This document shows positions 38,273 through 51,936 of a stretch of DNA of 64,000 nt, one piece after another. The position numbers and the translations under genes were made by a program. The DNA lies in assembly GCA_053919585.1 (NCBI GenBank), contig CM132801.1; one strand, 5' to 3'. How positions within the stretch are numbered: the stretch's first letter is position 1; each line of letters starts with the position of its first letter. A model generated the notes under the pieces. That model was not told where the DNA came from, ran no database searches, and saw only the letters and a program-made list of their open reading frames with translations. This DNA is from Euprymna scolopes. Its lineage: Eukaryota.

Positions 38273-41200
38273 TGGTTGTAAGGTGGGTGCAGGTTGGGTA
38301 GGGCCGAATTATTTATTTTTAATTTTGATTTTATTTATTGTTGGTTGTTAAATATGGTTAGTATATTATCCCGATATTAAATGAGATCCGGTTAATAAGA
38401 GGCTATAGTTTTTTAATTAGTATGGTTTCTACTAATTTTAGTCTTTGTGTGCAATTGTTAAGGTATGAAATTTAGTATTGTTAGTTGAGATGTTTCTAAT
38501 GTTGGACGATTGTAGGTTTTTTATCATGGAATGTTAGGTGTTTTATGACGCTATTCTTTGCTAAATGGTAAGTTAATCATCAGGAGAGTGTTGTCATGGT
38601 GTGGCATATCTATGCGTTGTATGAGTTTTTAACATGGGTTCGAAGAGATTCTTCGAAGAGGCAAATAAATTCATACCCTACATTAGTTTGGTTTAGTGTC
38701 ATGTTAGTATTATTATATAATATATATATGTTCACACAAAGGAGATTGTTTGTTAGTATATTCTGTAATTAGAAAACAAAATTTTGTTATTTTATTAGCT
38801 GTTCAACTATAAATTGGCATGATTAATATTACCCTATGTAGTACAGGGTGTAACAAAAAAAAGTTATTGCAATTAGATTTGTACACATACTTCTGATATG
38901 GTGTTCTGGGTTTGTTACTAGGAGAGAGAATGTAATTATTCTTACTCCCATGCTGAAATTGGTAAGCAAAAATAAAACTGATGAATGAATAAAAAAAAAG
39001 TTGCTAAATTTAAATGTAAAAAAAAAAAATAATAATTTTTATAAGTGCACATCAATAAGTAAACTAAAGTATATACAAAGCAGAATTTTATATACAGCTC
39101 TTGTTTATGGGGTTATATCGATCAAAGTAATAGGGGATATTCTTTTATTTTATGAGATGTAAAAATTATGATAATCTGATTTACTATACTACTGAATGTT
39201 AACTTGAAAAAAAAAAAATGTCACTGTGCTTTGTAATTTGCCTTGACACTTTCTCTCAGAAATTCGTTCACCAAGCCAAGGTAGTCTAAACAGCCTTCGC
39301 GCTATTTTGAAATACTCTATTTTCCGTACAGAGAGGAGCCTCTTGGATGAACTGGCTTCACTAGAAATGCTGAAGACAGGAACAAAGATCATAATCTACA
39401 ATCTGAAAAGGTTAGTTTCTAAGAACGAAATTTTATTTAATTATCAGAACGAAATTTTGTAATTGATAAATGGAGTTTTCAAATGAAAAAACAATGGTTG
39501 CTACTGATTTTTTTGTACATTCTAATAAGTTAAAATGTTAGCTTCCAAATTATGCAGTCGAAATTACCTGAATATTACTGAATTATTAAAAAAAAAAAAA
39601 CAACTTTAATCATATTAGCAGGTGAAAAATTGCGGCTATCTTGTTTAAATCGAAATGGAAAATTACCTCCCTTTTGAACCCTCCTGTGTTTTACATAAGC
39701 AAATACAACCGTTTCCTTCAATTTTAATTTCTTCAATAATTTTCTACCATATCAATTTTCTTAATTTTTTATATATAATCATATTAAAAAGATGAGAAAT
39801 ACGTAGATACCATTGTTTTTATGTGAAATTCAGTATTACGATTTCCGAAATTTCGTTTATTATATCTTATATATTCACATATGGTTTGTTGCGCATCATG
39901 AACAAAGTTTATATACCTAGATCAGTGGTTCTAAAACAATTTTCTTTGGGTTACATTTACAGAATAAATTTACTTGTGGCAGGCACACCAATATTATAAT
40001 CTGATGAATAAAAATCAAGAGAGTATAAAACCATGCAGCTATATGAACATTTTAAATATATAGTGCTTGTCCAGAATTTTCCCTTCATGAAAAAACAAAA
40101 ATTAAATAAAATCTGTACATGCCTGTGACAGAAAATATACTTAAAAAGTTACGTACAATGATAAAGTAGTTTCATGTTTAAAGAAAATTAAATTTAATGG
40201 ATAAACAATAATCTTGTGACATAAACTTGAAAATAGTCTTAAGGGACAAAAAAGGAGGAGCAGGGGGGGCATTGAAAATAAAACTCAAATTTGCTTAAAA
40301 CTTCTTGATCAATTTACGTAATTTTTTATGGATGTTTTCTTTGTCACAAGTATGTGTATCATGCAGATGTTTCTGTATTTTCAATTTTCAAGCACTGAAA
40401 ATTTTTCTAAATCTTTGATTATATTTGAATCTCTCAGCCACTTTTGTGCTATACTGTTTGGAAACATCAGTGTAGGTCATTTTTGATTTGGAAACTTATA
40501 ATCAGTCACTGTAAATTCAGTAGTCAAAAATTACATGATACTCTTGTAAATCTTATGTAATCAGACTTGGTGGGTTCCTGACTTAGTTTCTATTTTCTTG
40601 CTTTCTTAAGAAGGTAATGTTAAGTACTAGGTCATTTTTTGTGGATGTGTGGAGCATATCCACCCCCCCCCCCCACTCATCTCCAAAAAAAGGACTTGCA
40701 CCAATCAAGACCGAGATGAAATGTCTTGGCAAGTTGTGTTTGCGTGATCTGCAAAAATTGTAAACATTTATCTGAAACATTTCATTGCATTTCTGGATCA
40801 TGTGTTACATTATGCACTATGATGTGTAAATAGTTTCATATTTTATGATGGTATTTGACCTGTAATTATGCTTAAAATTTTTGTTTTGATAATGTTTTCT
40901 TCGCCCTTTTTTTTTCTTTCTGTATATGAAAGTATGAAAGACCTTTTTTATCCTGATCTATTGCTAATAATTTTATGTTTTGTATAACTAAAAATAAACA
41001 TTGTTTAAAAACAGTCGTAAACTTGTATATTGATATTTGAAGCCTTTACTTGGTATATTTGAAAATCTTTTTAAAAAATATATATATCTAGCTCTACTTG
41101 ACACAAATATTGAGCTGTTATTGATTTTGAAAGTGAAAAATATTTGTAAACTGAAAATTATGGAAAATAATCAAGTAGAATTTTAATAAAAATTCCAAGT

Positions 41201-43182
41201 CTCCCTTCTAAAAGAATGACACAATGTTAACTTGTTGTTTAGAGTTTGTGAATTCAGAATAGTAAATTCATTTTATTTTTAAGTCTGTGCTTATTTTCCG
41301 TAATTTTTGGTGTACACAAATATGTTTTACTAATAAGTATATCCATAAGTTTTCCTAGTATTTTATTTTAAACTGATATATTTCACTTCAAGTCTCAAAA
41401 ATAAACACAAAAATATCTTTTTTCTCCCTCAAGAGGAAATGATGGTAAGCTCGAACTGGACTTCGAAAGTGACCCCGTGGACATCCGAAATCCAGAAAGT
41501 CACGAGTTCGATTATTCCTCCATTAACCGTCCACTCAGTCAGTACTCACCTGAATATCGCAGATCCCTTAGGGTAAGACTTTCTTTTTTTTGTTTTGAGT
41601 TATTGAGATGGATAGATTTTCAGTTGAATGATGAATACGGAGAGAATTGAAAGTGATGAATGGACTGTTATTTTCTTATGGAGATGGTTTATCGCACGCA
41701 TTCATAGGTATAGGATTTAAAGGTGGCCCTGCTATAGTCTCCAGATATAAAGTTTTGGGAAAAGTGTTCTCCCAGATGTGGTATTGCTCCATTTTAGGAC
41801 ATAACTGATTGTCATATAGAGGATTGCTTTAGGAGTCGGTACTATAGTAGAATAATCCAATCATTTTGGCAGCAACTTTAACAAAGATTGGATACAAGTT
41901 TTCCATTTTAGATCTAGTGTGAAGTTGGATGAAGACCAGAAGCTTCCTCAAGAAGACATGTATTCATTTCGACTTTGATAGAATAAGGATCTAAGCATTG
42001 GTGTTGAAAGATCTTGGTTTTGGAGGTATTGGTGTTAAAAGAAACAACCCTTTTTTTTTTTTTTTTTTTTTTTTTCTTGCGCCATGTGCTCTGTTGATCA
42101 CTAATGCTCTTCTAAGTGCTGTCATAGATAATTATTGTCTACATAGATATCAACAAAGGATCTAAGAGCATGATGTGGCAGATCATTAATGAAAACTAGT
42201 GGGACCTGTGGAAATTCCACAGGGGTTTGATTCATATATAATATATTGATGTTGGCATTTTGTGGATATTCAGCATAAATGGAGATGCTCTGATATTATT
42301 GTAGCTATTTTGTTTAAACTGAAAAGGTATTTATCCAAGCTAGCAGGGACGCCCGGCGTAGCCAGGTCGTAAAATATGCTTAAATATGATATTTTAATTC
42401 TTGCAGATTTTGTATATATTATAGAGTTATATTGATTTTTATATATTATAAAGTTGCGATTTCAAAAATAAAAAATATCTATATGACTTCGGTTCATCAG
42501 CTTGAATCGAAACCGAATCCCAAACTTATGAATATATATATATACACATATATAACTTTAGTTCCTTCAGCTATAATCGAAACCAAAACTTATGAAGAAT
42601 TTTGATTAAATTATTTATAAAAAAAAAAATAGATTACTAAGGTGCCATCAGCTAAAACCGAAATTAAGTCTTGTAAAAAAAACTCTTGATAAAATTATTT
42701 TTTAAAAATAGATTATTGGAGAGCCATTAGCTATAACCGAAGCCAAAACTTATAAAGAATTCTTAGTAAAATTATTTATAAAAAAAATTAAATGACTTGA
42801 GTGCCATCAGCTATAACTGAAACCAAAACTTATGAAGAATTCTTGATAAAATTATTTATTACAAGAGATAGAAGTACATAATAATTAAACGGCCCGAATG
42901 TAAGCATGACATAGAAAATAACACACACACTATCGTATTAATATCTAGATAAATTGGGCCCATAATATAACGTTATACTATATCAGGGTTGATGTTATTT
43001 CATTTGACTTCTGTCAACAACTACTTTTATAGATCTATTAGGATGCAAAGCTAAGCATACATCCAGAGCCCACTTCCTTTTAGCTACCATAACAATATTT
43101 TGCTTTTATCTAATGTCAAATTTTCATTTTCGTGACTCTTTTTTAGTTATCAATTATTACACAATTGATATATTTTTTGTGC

Positions 43183-43215
<33 letters not shown>

Positions 43216-43739
43216 TTTATTTTAGGAATATGGTTCGATTCTGTTTTTGAAGCCGAGAATGAAGATAATTCTTCGTGGCAAGAAAATACAGACTAAACTG
43301 ATCTCCAAAAGTTTATCACAAACAGAAACAGATATTTATCGACCAACATGGCTGGTATCCTTTTGAAAAAAAGCTCTTATTATTCAATCTCATTACTTGA
43401 TTTCCAGTTCTGATTTAGACAGATTTAAAATGTTAATTTTACAAAATGACACGATCCGGCCTGCAGTACGGCAATGGATGGAGAAATTTGCTGGTCTCAC
43501 TGTATAAACCTTGCACAATGTCTCAACTGTTACAGCCACGTCACCTGCAGTCGGTCATCTGAAATGCTTAAAGTTTGCTACATGTCAATGGCTCAAAGCC
43601 ACACAGTAGGCTGTTCAAGACATGGAGATCGGTTAATAAAGATCTGAAGTTGACAGATGGCATAATGGAAATGGCAACAGACGGGAGAAATAACCAAATT
43701 TTTGCCTTTGTAATGGTCTCATTTCAAAATAGTAATTCT

Positions 43740-43771
<32 letters not shown>

Positions 43772-46700
43772 TTATGAGACTTCATCTCTCACCTCTTTGG
43801 TAACTGTTTTGATTAATTACAGAAAAAACAAGGGAATGCAGGTCAAGAGCAGCCAACTCCAATGGATTAAAGAGTTCATTTCAAATCTCTAAGAACAGTA
43901 CTGTCTATTTGGATTATTTGAACTACTGCTTTTATTTTTATTTTACATTTGACCTTAACGTGCATCTTTTTGAACTTGAACTGTACCTTTTATTTAATCC
44001 AAAGGAGTAGATTGTTCTTGTTTCATCAGCTATTAACAGTGCAACGGTTAAAGGCATTGATTAACAATCAGTTCTAAGTGACAGTCTATCTCCATGGATT
44101 AAATAATAGGTTTAATTCGAATTCTGTATAGTTAGTCCAGCACACAGGCAACAAAATGTGCTCAATAGCCAGAGAATAGCTTCTCTTCATATCCCTTCTG
44201 CCAAAATATCTGTTGGGGAGGTTGTCACATACTTCTTTTTTCTTGAACGATTACATTTTCGTACTTTTATCCATTTTTATTTTTGAAATTGTTGTGGGGA
44301 TATCGATGAAAGTGCTCAATATTCTTAGTATAGCAGCTGTGTCCAAACTGTACTTTACATGACCCACACCACACCCCACTCCACCCCAAGCCCATCAGAT
44401 TCTGTGGTCGTTAAGGTAGAAAAAAAATGAATATTTTGTTTTAAATTTCACTATTATGCATCCAAGTCCCTGTTCTTTAAGACAGTACCGGAATCATTTT
44501 TATTCAAATTGGATTTCAAAAGATTTATCAAGACATACAAACACACACACACACACACACACACACAAAACTGAGATTTATATAATAGACTAGCGGGGGT
44601 AACCGGCATTGCCCGGGTGTTTGGAGGTGTGTAAGGGGAGGGGTAAAGTAAAGAATAATTGAAGTAATAACCCTGTTTAAATATTATTTAAAAAAAAAAA
44701 CGATGTTAAACTTAAAAAAAAAAAATCGAAAAACAAAAAAAAAAAAACAGCGATTGAACATAAAAATTCTTTTAAAAAATTTGATTAAAAAAAACAGCGA
44801 AAAGCGAAAAAAAAAAATGGCATAAATAACCTTGTTTTAATATTAAGTTTAAAAATCAAAAAAAAAAAAAATTTATCTTTTACCTCAGATTGAACCTGCA
44901 ATCTTAAAATAACGACGCTGTCACTTTGACTATTTTGCCATGACCGTGTGGGCGAATGTTGGTCGGTTTTTATAATATTTAAATGAATTCAAGGGACACC
45001 GTCTTTTGCGCATGGTTACGCATGCAGAGAAGCTATCTTGTCATGAAGAAACGATTTTTTGCTGCCCCTCCCTGGAGAAAAGTGTCCAGTTGTTGGTGAA
45101 GGAACAAATATTTTTAGCCAATTTTTCAATATTTGTCGTCGGAAGGTTCAAGCTTCAAAATGATACCTATCTGGTGAAAATCCGTCGCCTGTGCGGAAAG
45201 TTTTTGCGAGACATATAAACACACATACACACAAACACACATTATCATTCACTCAATAAAGATAACTGTCATAGTTACATACGTAATTCCTCAACTTGGT
45301 AATATGATAGCAACATAAGCAAATACTATGGATAACAAAATCTAAGTTGAGTATAGGAATTGTATACGAAAGAAATATTAATGGAGGCAAAAATCAAACA
45401 AAATAACTCATTTTGTCGCTAGGTAATCTCTACTATTATATAAAAGGAACTTTGTCTGCGTGTGAGTTCATTGCCTATGGACTTGGGGAAACAACCGAGC
45501 TGATTTTTATGAAATTTCACACAAAAGTATTTTACGTGCGTGGCAGTGTTCTTAGTTTTTGTACCAGAATGTCTTGTATGAGTATCAATAATCGAAATAA
45601 TCCAATGAAATAAGGAACGGACGATTTGGACCAAAGTTAACACCTTACACAGCCTAATATCGCAAGTGCATTTGAGAATTTTTATTACCACACAAGCCGA
45701 AAGGCCCAACATAAAAATCAACAGTAGGTTTTCTGATATGACAGAGGTGCATTCAAAATGAATGTTTCTGCTGTAAGCACAATTGAACCATGATACTTGA
45801 TTTTTTCATTTTTAAATGCAAGCCATTATCACTACATAAGTAGTAAGGCCAAGCATATAAAATCAACAGTACAGTTTTTTATATATGATGGGCACGTTTG
45901 AAATTAATGTTTTTGTTTAAAGCACAATTGAAGAACAATACTTGATTTTTTTGCATTTTAAACTTTACTGCAAGTGATTATGTATAAAAAATAATTTTAT
46001 AAATCAACAGTACGTTCTCTACAGTGCAATGTAAACTACAATGTATTGTGGACTAAGTCACTGCGGGGGAGGCATGTGAAGTTACCCTCAGTGGACTGCA
46101 ATGAGTCCTCAACTAGAGCAGGCAATCAATCGGTTTAATTGAAAAATGGACAATTTTGCCAACTTTGATTATAATAAAATATGGGAGGGTGAAACCTTCA
46201 TTGATCCTCATTCAGGTCTGGACAACATAGTGTCATCCTGCTACTAACCTTATAAACATATGCAACTGTCAGGTTGAAGATTGCCCATTTGCATTTCAAA
46301 CGCCAGCTCTTGTGATTCGAAACAAAACTGGTTTGTTAATCATTTGTCCATCATAATGTGGTAATTTCTACTGAACTCTTTTAGGGTTTCATCTATAGAC
46401 CCTTAGTTTACAGAGCAGAGAGCCATAAAGTAAGGCATTAAGAAAGGCTCTTACCACCTGCCGACTAGGCAATCTTCACTTGAAAATAATAGTTTTCCAA
46501 ACAAGAAACACTCAGCTTCACACAAACCCTTGTCAGACACAATATGATTACAGACTCCTTGTGGGCAAATTAAATTTAGCCTTGGTCGCTAGGTCATAGG
46601 TTCTTTATAGGCAAACTAAAAGTTATGAACTATTAAACGGAGCAGCAGTTTCACAATCTCAGTCACATACAAATCCACTATGAAATTCCTACAGCTACAT

Positions 46701-48566
46701 AGCTAGAAAATGGGGCTATTAAACCTGACATAGTGATATGGAACAAGAGGGAGAAAGTGGCAGCCCTAGTTGAAGTAAGCGTCCCTAATGATGCTGGCCT
46801 TAACAGAGCAGAGAGGAAGAAAATAACAAAATACCAAGGACTTATGTACGACATGAAAAGAAACTGCAATCTTAAGGAGATATCAATCATACTAGTCATT
46901 ATAGGAGCAACCGGGCTAATGAAAATGAATTTCAAAAACTATCTGGTGAATAGACCCGGTGAACCAAGTGCAAGAGAAATACAAACAATAGCACTTAAAG
47001 GGTCAGTTAAAATCTTAAAAAGATCTCTCGATTCAGATAACTAAACTAATGGGAAAATGTTTGGCATCCGGTAGAATGCCCCATCCCCAATAAAAACAAA
47101 GTGATAAGAAAATTAAAACAAAAGAGTGTATAGGCAAAACCTTTTTCTTCGAGATACTTTGAACACTTATTAACTCATTAATTTTGGTTGTGCTAACAAA
47201 TCGTAAATAAAATGTTTATACTTTTATATGGATAGACTTTGTTATTCTTTTGATATTGACTTTTCCATTACAAAAAGGCCCTGGAAATAAAGTTTAACTT
47301 CTAACTGGTAAGCAGAGAATGATATTTTTTATTTAAAACAAAATGAGTAAAAAAAATGTCATATGTCCAACAAAAAAAAACTTTCCTTTACCACTCTCCA
47401 GCCAAAACCAATTTTACTGACCTTTGGATTCAGTCCAAATAAAAATGACCATAATACTGAAAATTATGGTGTGCTCATGTATCATAGAAATCGACTCATC
47501 AAGGCATATGAAAAAGTTGGTTTACAGAGGCAAGTGAGTATTAAGCTTTTGTTTTAATACTGTTAGTGTATTCTTCAATACTGTATATGTATATATATGT
47601 TTGTGTGTTCTAGGTTAAAGATAATCAAAAGTAAGAACTAATGAATTTAACAAGATTATTAACGATAAAGAAAAGAGTAAGATATACTTTTATTTATACT
47701 GTATATAATATTTTGATTGCAGAAATTCCCCTTTGAATCAAATTACCATAGGTTTGCAATAACAGATGCCACATACAAATTTATTATGTCTAAACTAATA
47801 TCCACCATCTTATGTAACTTTTAATTTTCTCATGCATGAATTCTGCAATAATGGATTTTTGTCACCACTTAACATGATCACAGGCTTCGTTCAGGTGAAA
47901 GCCGATTTTATGGAGATCTCTGTATGAGGTGTTTGCTCATCACATCAGTTTTCCTCTGTCGCTTCCCAATAACTTCTAATCTAAAGGCACGTTTGGCAAT
48001 GATGTCATGGTTTACCCTCAGCACGTACAGTAAACAAGATAAAAAAGAGTAGCTGTTTTGGCTAACCCCACCCTTGCACATTAATTACAATGGTTGGGCA
48101 AGCCCACTACGCATCCCTTATAGGGGATACCCTAGTGTGTACCATGTTTGAAGACTTATTTGTAGTTGTACAGCATGATACAATACTTTGGCTTGTGCAT
48201 TTTTCATCTTCCGCCAGTAAACCCACCTTCACGTTAACCTATAACATGGTTCCTCTGAATCTGAGAATTCTAATGCTTCTTTGGCCAGTGCCATACTTAA
48301 ATGGTGATACATAATAGTGATATTTTTATATCTGAAGCACAAAAAATGTTTAATATAAAATCTAAATGTTTCAAACTTTTATTGATGCTTTGTATAACTC
48401 CAAGTGCAAAGGAAACTTCAAGCATTTATGTCTATTTTTTTCATGTTTGCATATTTCAGAATTATCCCATTATACAGGACTAATCATTGAGAATTTCGTT
48501 TTGTCTTTTTTTATGTAAACTAGACTGGATTTCCTTGTGAAACCTCAGTTTCTTTAAGGTTTTAGT

Positions 48567-48610
<44 letters not shown>

Positions 48611-48875
48611 CCTGCACATACTTTGAATTCTAACGGCTACATGTCAAAAAAAATTTTCACTCGTTCTATGTTATCCATACTTTGAATGATAACGGCTATT
48701 TATTCATTTGAAAAACGAATAAAAACCTCCTTTTTACATTACAAACATGACAAATATATTTTTAAATATTATACTTGTATTTTATTTCTTCAAATTAATC
48801 ATCCCTAGGAAGTCTTGAAATAAAGACAAAACATTGATAAACAGATAAATAATTTTGGTTTGTTCCATTTTCATT

Positions 48876-48932
<57 letters not shown>

Positions 48933-50892
48933 GATAGAGAGAGAGGGGAAGTCACCAAAGATGATTTTTTTTTTTTAAAAAAACATCTTTAATATCAAAA
49001 ACAAATCTGTTTTGAAAATAGGTAGAAACAATTGCATATTTGTTTTTTAAAACAAATTTGGAACATTTATTAAATTATATTTTGAGCTTTATTAATATTT
49101 TATCTAAACTAGACTGGATCTCCTTGTAAAACCTCTATTTAGTTATTAACCCAACTTTTGTGTGCTTTTAAATAAAATTAAATAATATATAAGCAAATTA
49201 CCAAAATCTGAAATTACATGTTGGTTGTATGTCTTTGTTTTATCTGTTAATCTTGAATTTTTTTTTATTTCTCAGGCCAATGAATTGGGAATTGGTGTTG
49301 TCGGGGTCGTGGAGGTTGACTTTTTAGATCCTATTCATAATAAACAAGATTTTAAGCGAACTGACAGATACAAGTGAGTTTTTGTTTTTTGTTGTTTTTT
49401 TTCTTGATTTCTTTTTCTTTTTTTTTCTTTTTTATTTTTTTTTATTTTTTATTTTTTTGGATTTTTTCTTTTTTTGATTTTTTCTTTTTTTGATTTTTTT
49501 TCTTTTGATTTTCTTTTGATTTTTTTTTTCTTTTGATTTTCTTTTTTTTTTTCTTTTGATTTTTCTTCTTTTTTTTTCTTGATTTCTTAAATTTTTTCTT
49601 TCAATCTTTTATTGTCTATGCCCAGACTATTCCTGGATCGAATATGGCCATCTTAACTAAAAGTAGTAAAGTGTCATAGTTATTGACAATTTTGTACATC
49701 TTATCGAGGTTTGCTTATAATTGAATAATGGTAAGAAACTGAACATTCATGGCTGAAACTTGGACAAGTCAGGCATCAACTGAAGTTTATTTGTACTAAA
49801 TATTGTTAGACTGCATTGAAGTGATTGTGAATTTTATTTTTATTTTTTCACATCAAATGCATTTGTCGTTCATCTGCCTTACTGGGGCAATTTTTGCTCC
49901 GTGTGTGTGTCTGTGTGTCTGCATTGTAATGAACCAAAGGTCATTGGAATACTGGAATTAAAGAAGTCAAACTATTCTACAAAGCACTCTTAGAGAAAGG
50001 AGAATTCATTCCATTGCATGCTGTTTAACTCCCGTCCGTGACTAGTGATATCTGTCGTCGCAATGATCACCTGGTCACTGAAAATGTCAAAGGGGGAGAG
50101 AAAGTTAATTACATGCTAAGTGCATAACATAATTATATTATTTTGTTAGACACCTTTTTATGTGTTATATAATGTGTGTGTGTGTGGTATCTGATCACTT
50201 GGTTGCTTCTGTCAAGTGTCATTTCATTAGTCTATCTATCATATCTTGTTTGCTTAACACTTCCACTAAGGTCAAGAAACCCTTTGCTTACTACTCTGTT
50301 GTTCATTTGAATGCCTACTAGACACTATCCTTGAATGTCTAAGATTTCTCTGTACAGGGATTTGTCAGAAAAACCTGGCATAAGGATACTTTCCCGATAA
50401 GTAAACTCTTGCTAAATATTCCAAATCACAATATTTGTAGCCCAACTAAGATCTCCTCAGTATGGCTAATCCACACACTCTTGTAGGAAGAATGTTACAC
50501 CTTCTCCAACCTCAAGTAACAACATGAAGCTGGATACTCAGCTAGGTTAGATGAATTCTTGTCCTGGAATCTGGTAAGACCAAGAGATGACAAAAAATAT
50601 ATAACATTGAAATGGTCAATTGGGAAGAGGAAAATTATGTTCACAACTTCTTTATTAACTCAGTGTTTGAGATGTAAAGGAGAACTTTAATGAAATATTC
50701 GAATATCTATGGAAATTGAAGGGGGGGGGGGCTTCATTTCTCAAAACTTTGAAGTAAAGCAAAACAGAAAGTCTAAATATTGACTCTTCCAATTCTAGCT
50801 TACACAGGTGGAAATAACTTATTGATCTCTCTTGGCACATTCTGTCTTGTCACTAAGATGTACGAGTCAACATATCTAATAGCGAATCTACC

Positions 50893-50932
<40 letters not shown>

Positions 50933-51879
50933 GAATGTGTGTGAGGACACTTTTCAACCTATATATTAAATGAATTTTTTATCTACAGACTTGAAATTTG
51001 GTATATAGAGTGTTCAGACACGTGGAAAACTTTTTAATCGGTTTTCATCCAGAAAGGGCTCAAATTAAAAAATTTGTGGAGGGGGGGGGGGGCATCTGAT
51101 TGTTATCTGTTTAACTGTTTCACGAATGCGTATGCATGAATCATTCAAATGATAAATTCCTGATAAGAATAAGTAAGTTTGAAAGCACTATTTAAAGATT
51201 TTATCAAGCTGACTAATGGTTATCGTACTTACTGTTTTTAGGTTTTGGTTTTAGCTCGTTTTTTTTTTACTTACAAGAAGTGAACTGTTTAGAAAAAACA
51301 ATACTCGCATGCATATGTCTCAATTTCTGTATGAATTGAAATATAATATTTATACATATTTTATGACTGGACAACNNNNNNNNNNNNNNNNNNNNNNNNN
51401 NNNNNNNNNNNNNNNNNNNNNNNNNNNNNNNNNNNNNNNNNNNNNNNNNNNNNNNNNNNNNNNNNNNNNNNNNNNNNNNNNNNNNNNNNNNNNNNNNNNN
51501 NNNNNNNNNCTTTTTCTGGGTCAACGGCCAACTAGCACCATGTATATTTGTGTGTGTGTATATGTGTATTGGGGTGGAGAGGACTCCCGTAAGCCGTGGT
51601 GAAGGCAACCTTTCTAGGAAAAGCAAATCTCTGATTTAAAAAACCATAAAGCAGAAGACCATTACCCGCATTAAGCTGGTCTGCAGTTTAATTTGTTGCT
51701 GGCTATCTTGCTCTTGCTTGTTGCTGGATCTCAACATTTTGAACCAAGAGAGAGACTTAGCTGTCGTACAAAGCTAAGACTCTGTAACATCATATTTGTA
51801 TAGATACTCCCTCAGACATTTGGGCTCATGGATTTTAAATGTCTGAGGGAGTGGCACTCGTCTGACAAGACGTTGCAAT

Positions 51880-51936
<57 letters not shown>

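Larger units (their letters stand above)
32431..39259 (+). other. U12-type (minor spliceosome) GT-AG intron
   Basis: 5' splice site GTATCCTTTT; branch-like TTTGCCTTGAC at 39237-39247, with 12 nt between it and the exon. Confidence 0.85.
43355..47401 (+). other. U12-type (minor spliceosome) GT-AG intron
   Basis: 5' splice site GTATCCTTTT; branch-like TTTCCTTTAC at 47382-47391, with 10 nt between it and the exon; preceded by an A-run rather than a polypyrimidine tract. Confidence 0.85.

Noticed and set aside
51267-51626. ORFs containing X runs
   Set aside because: Artefacts of translating through the N gap.
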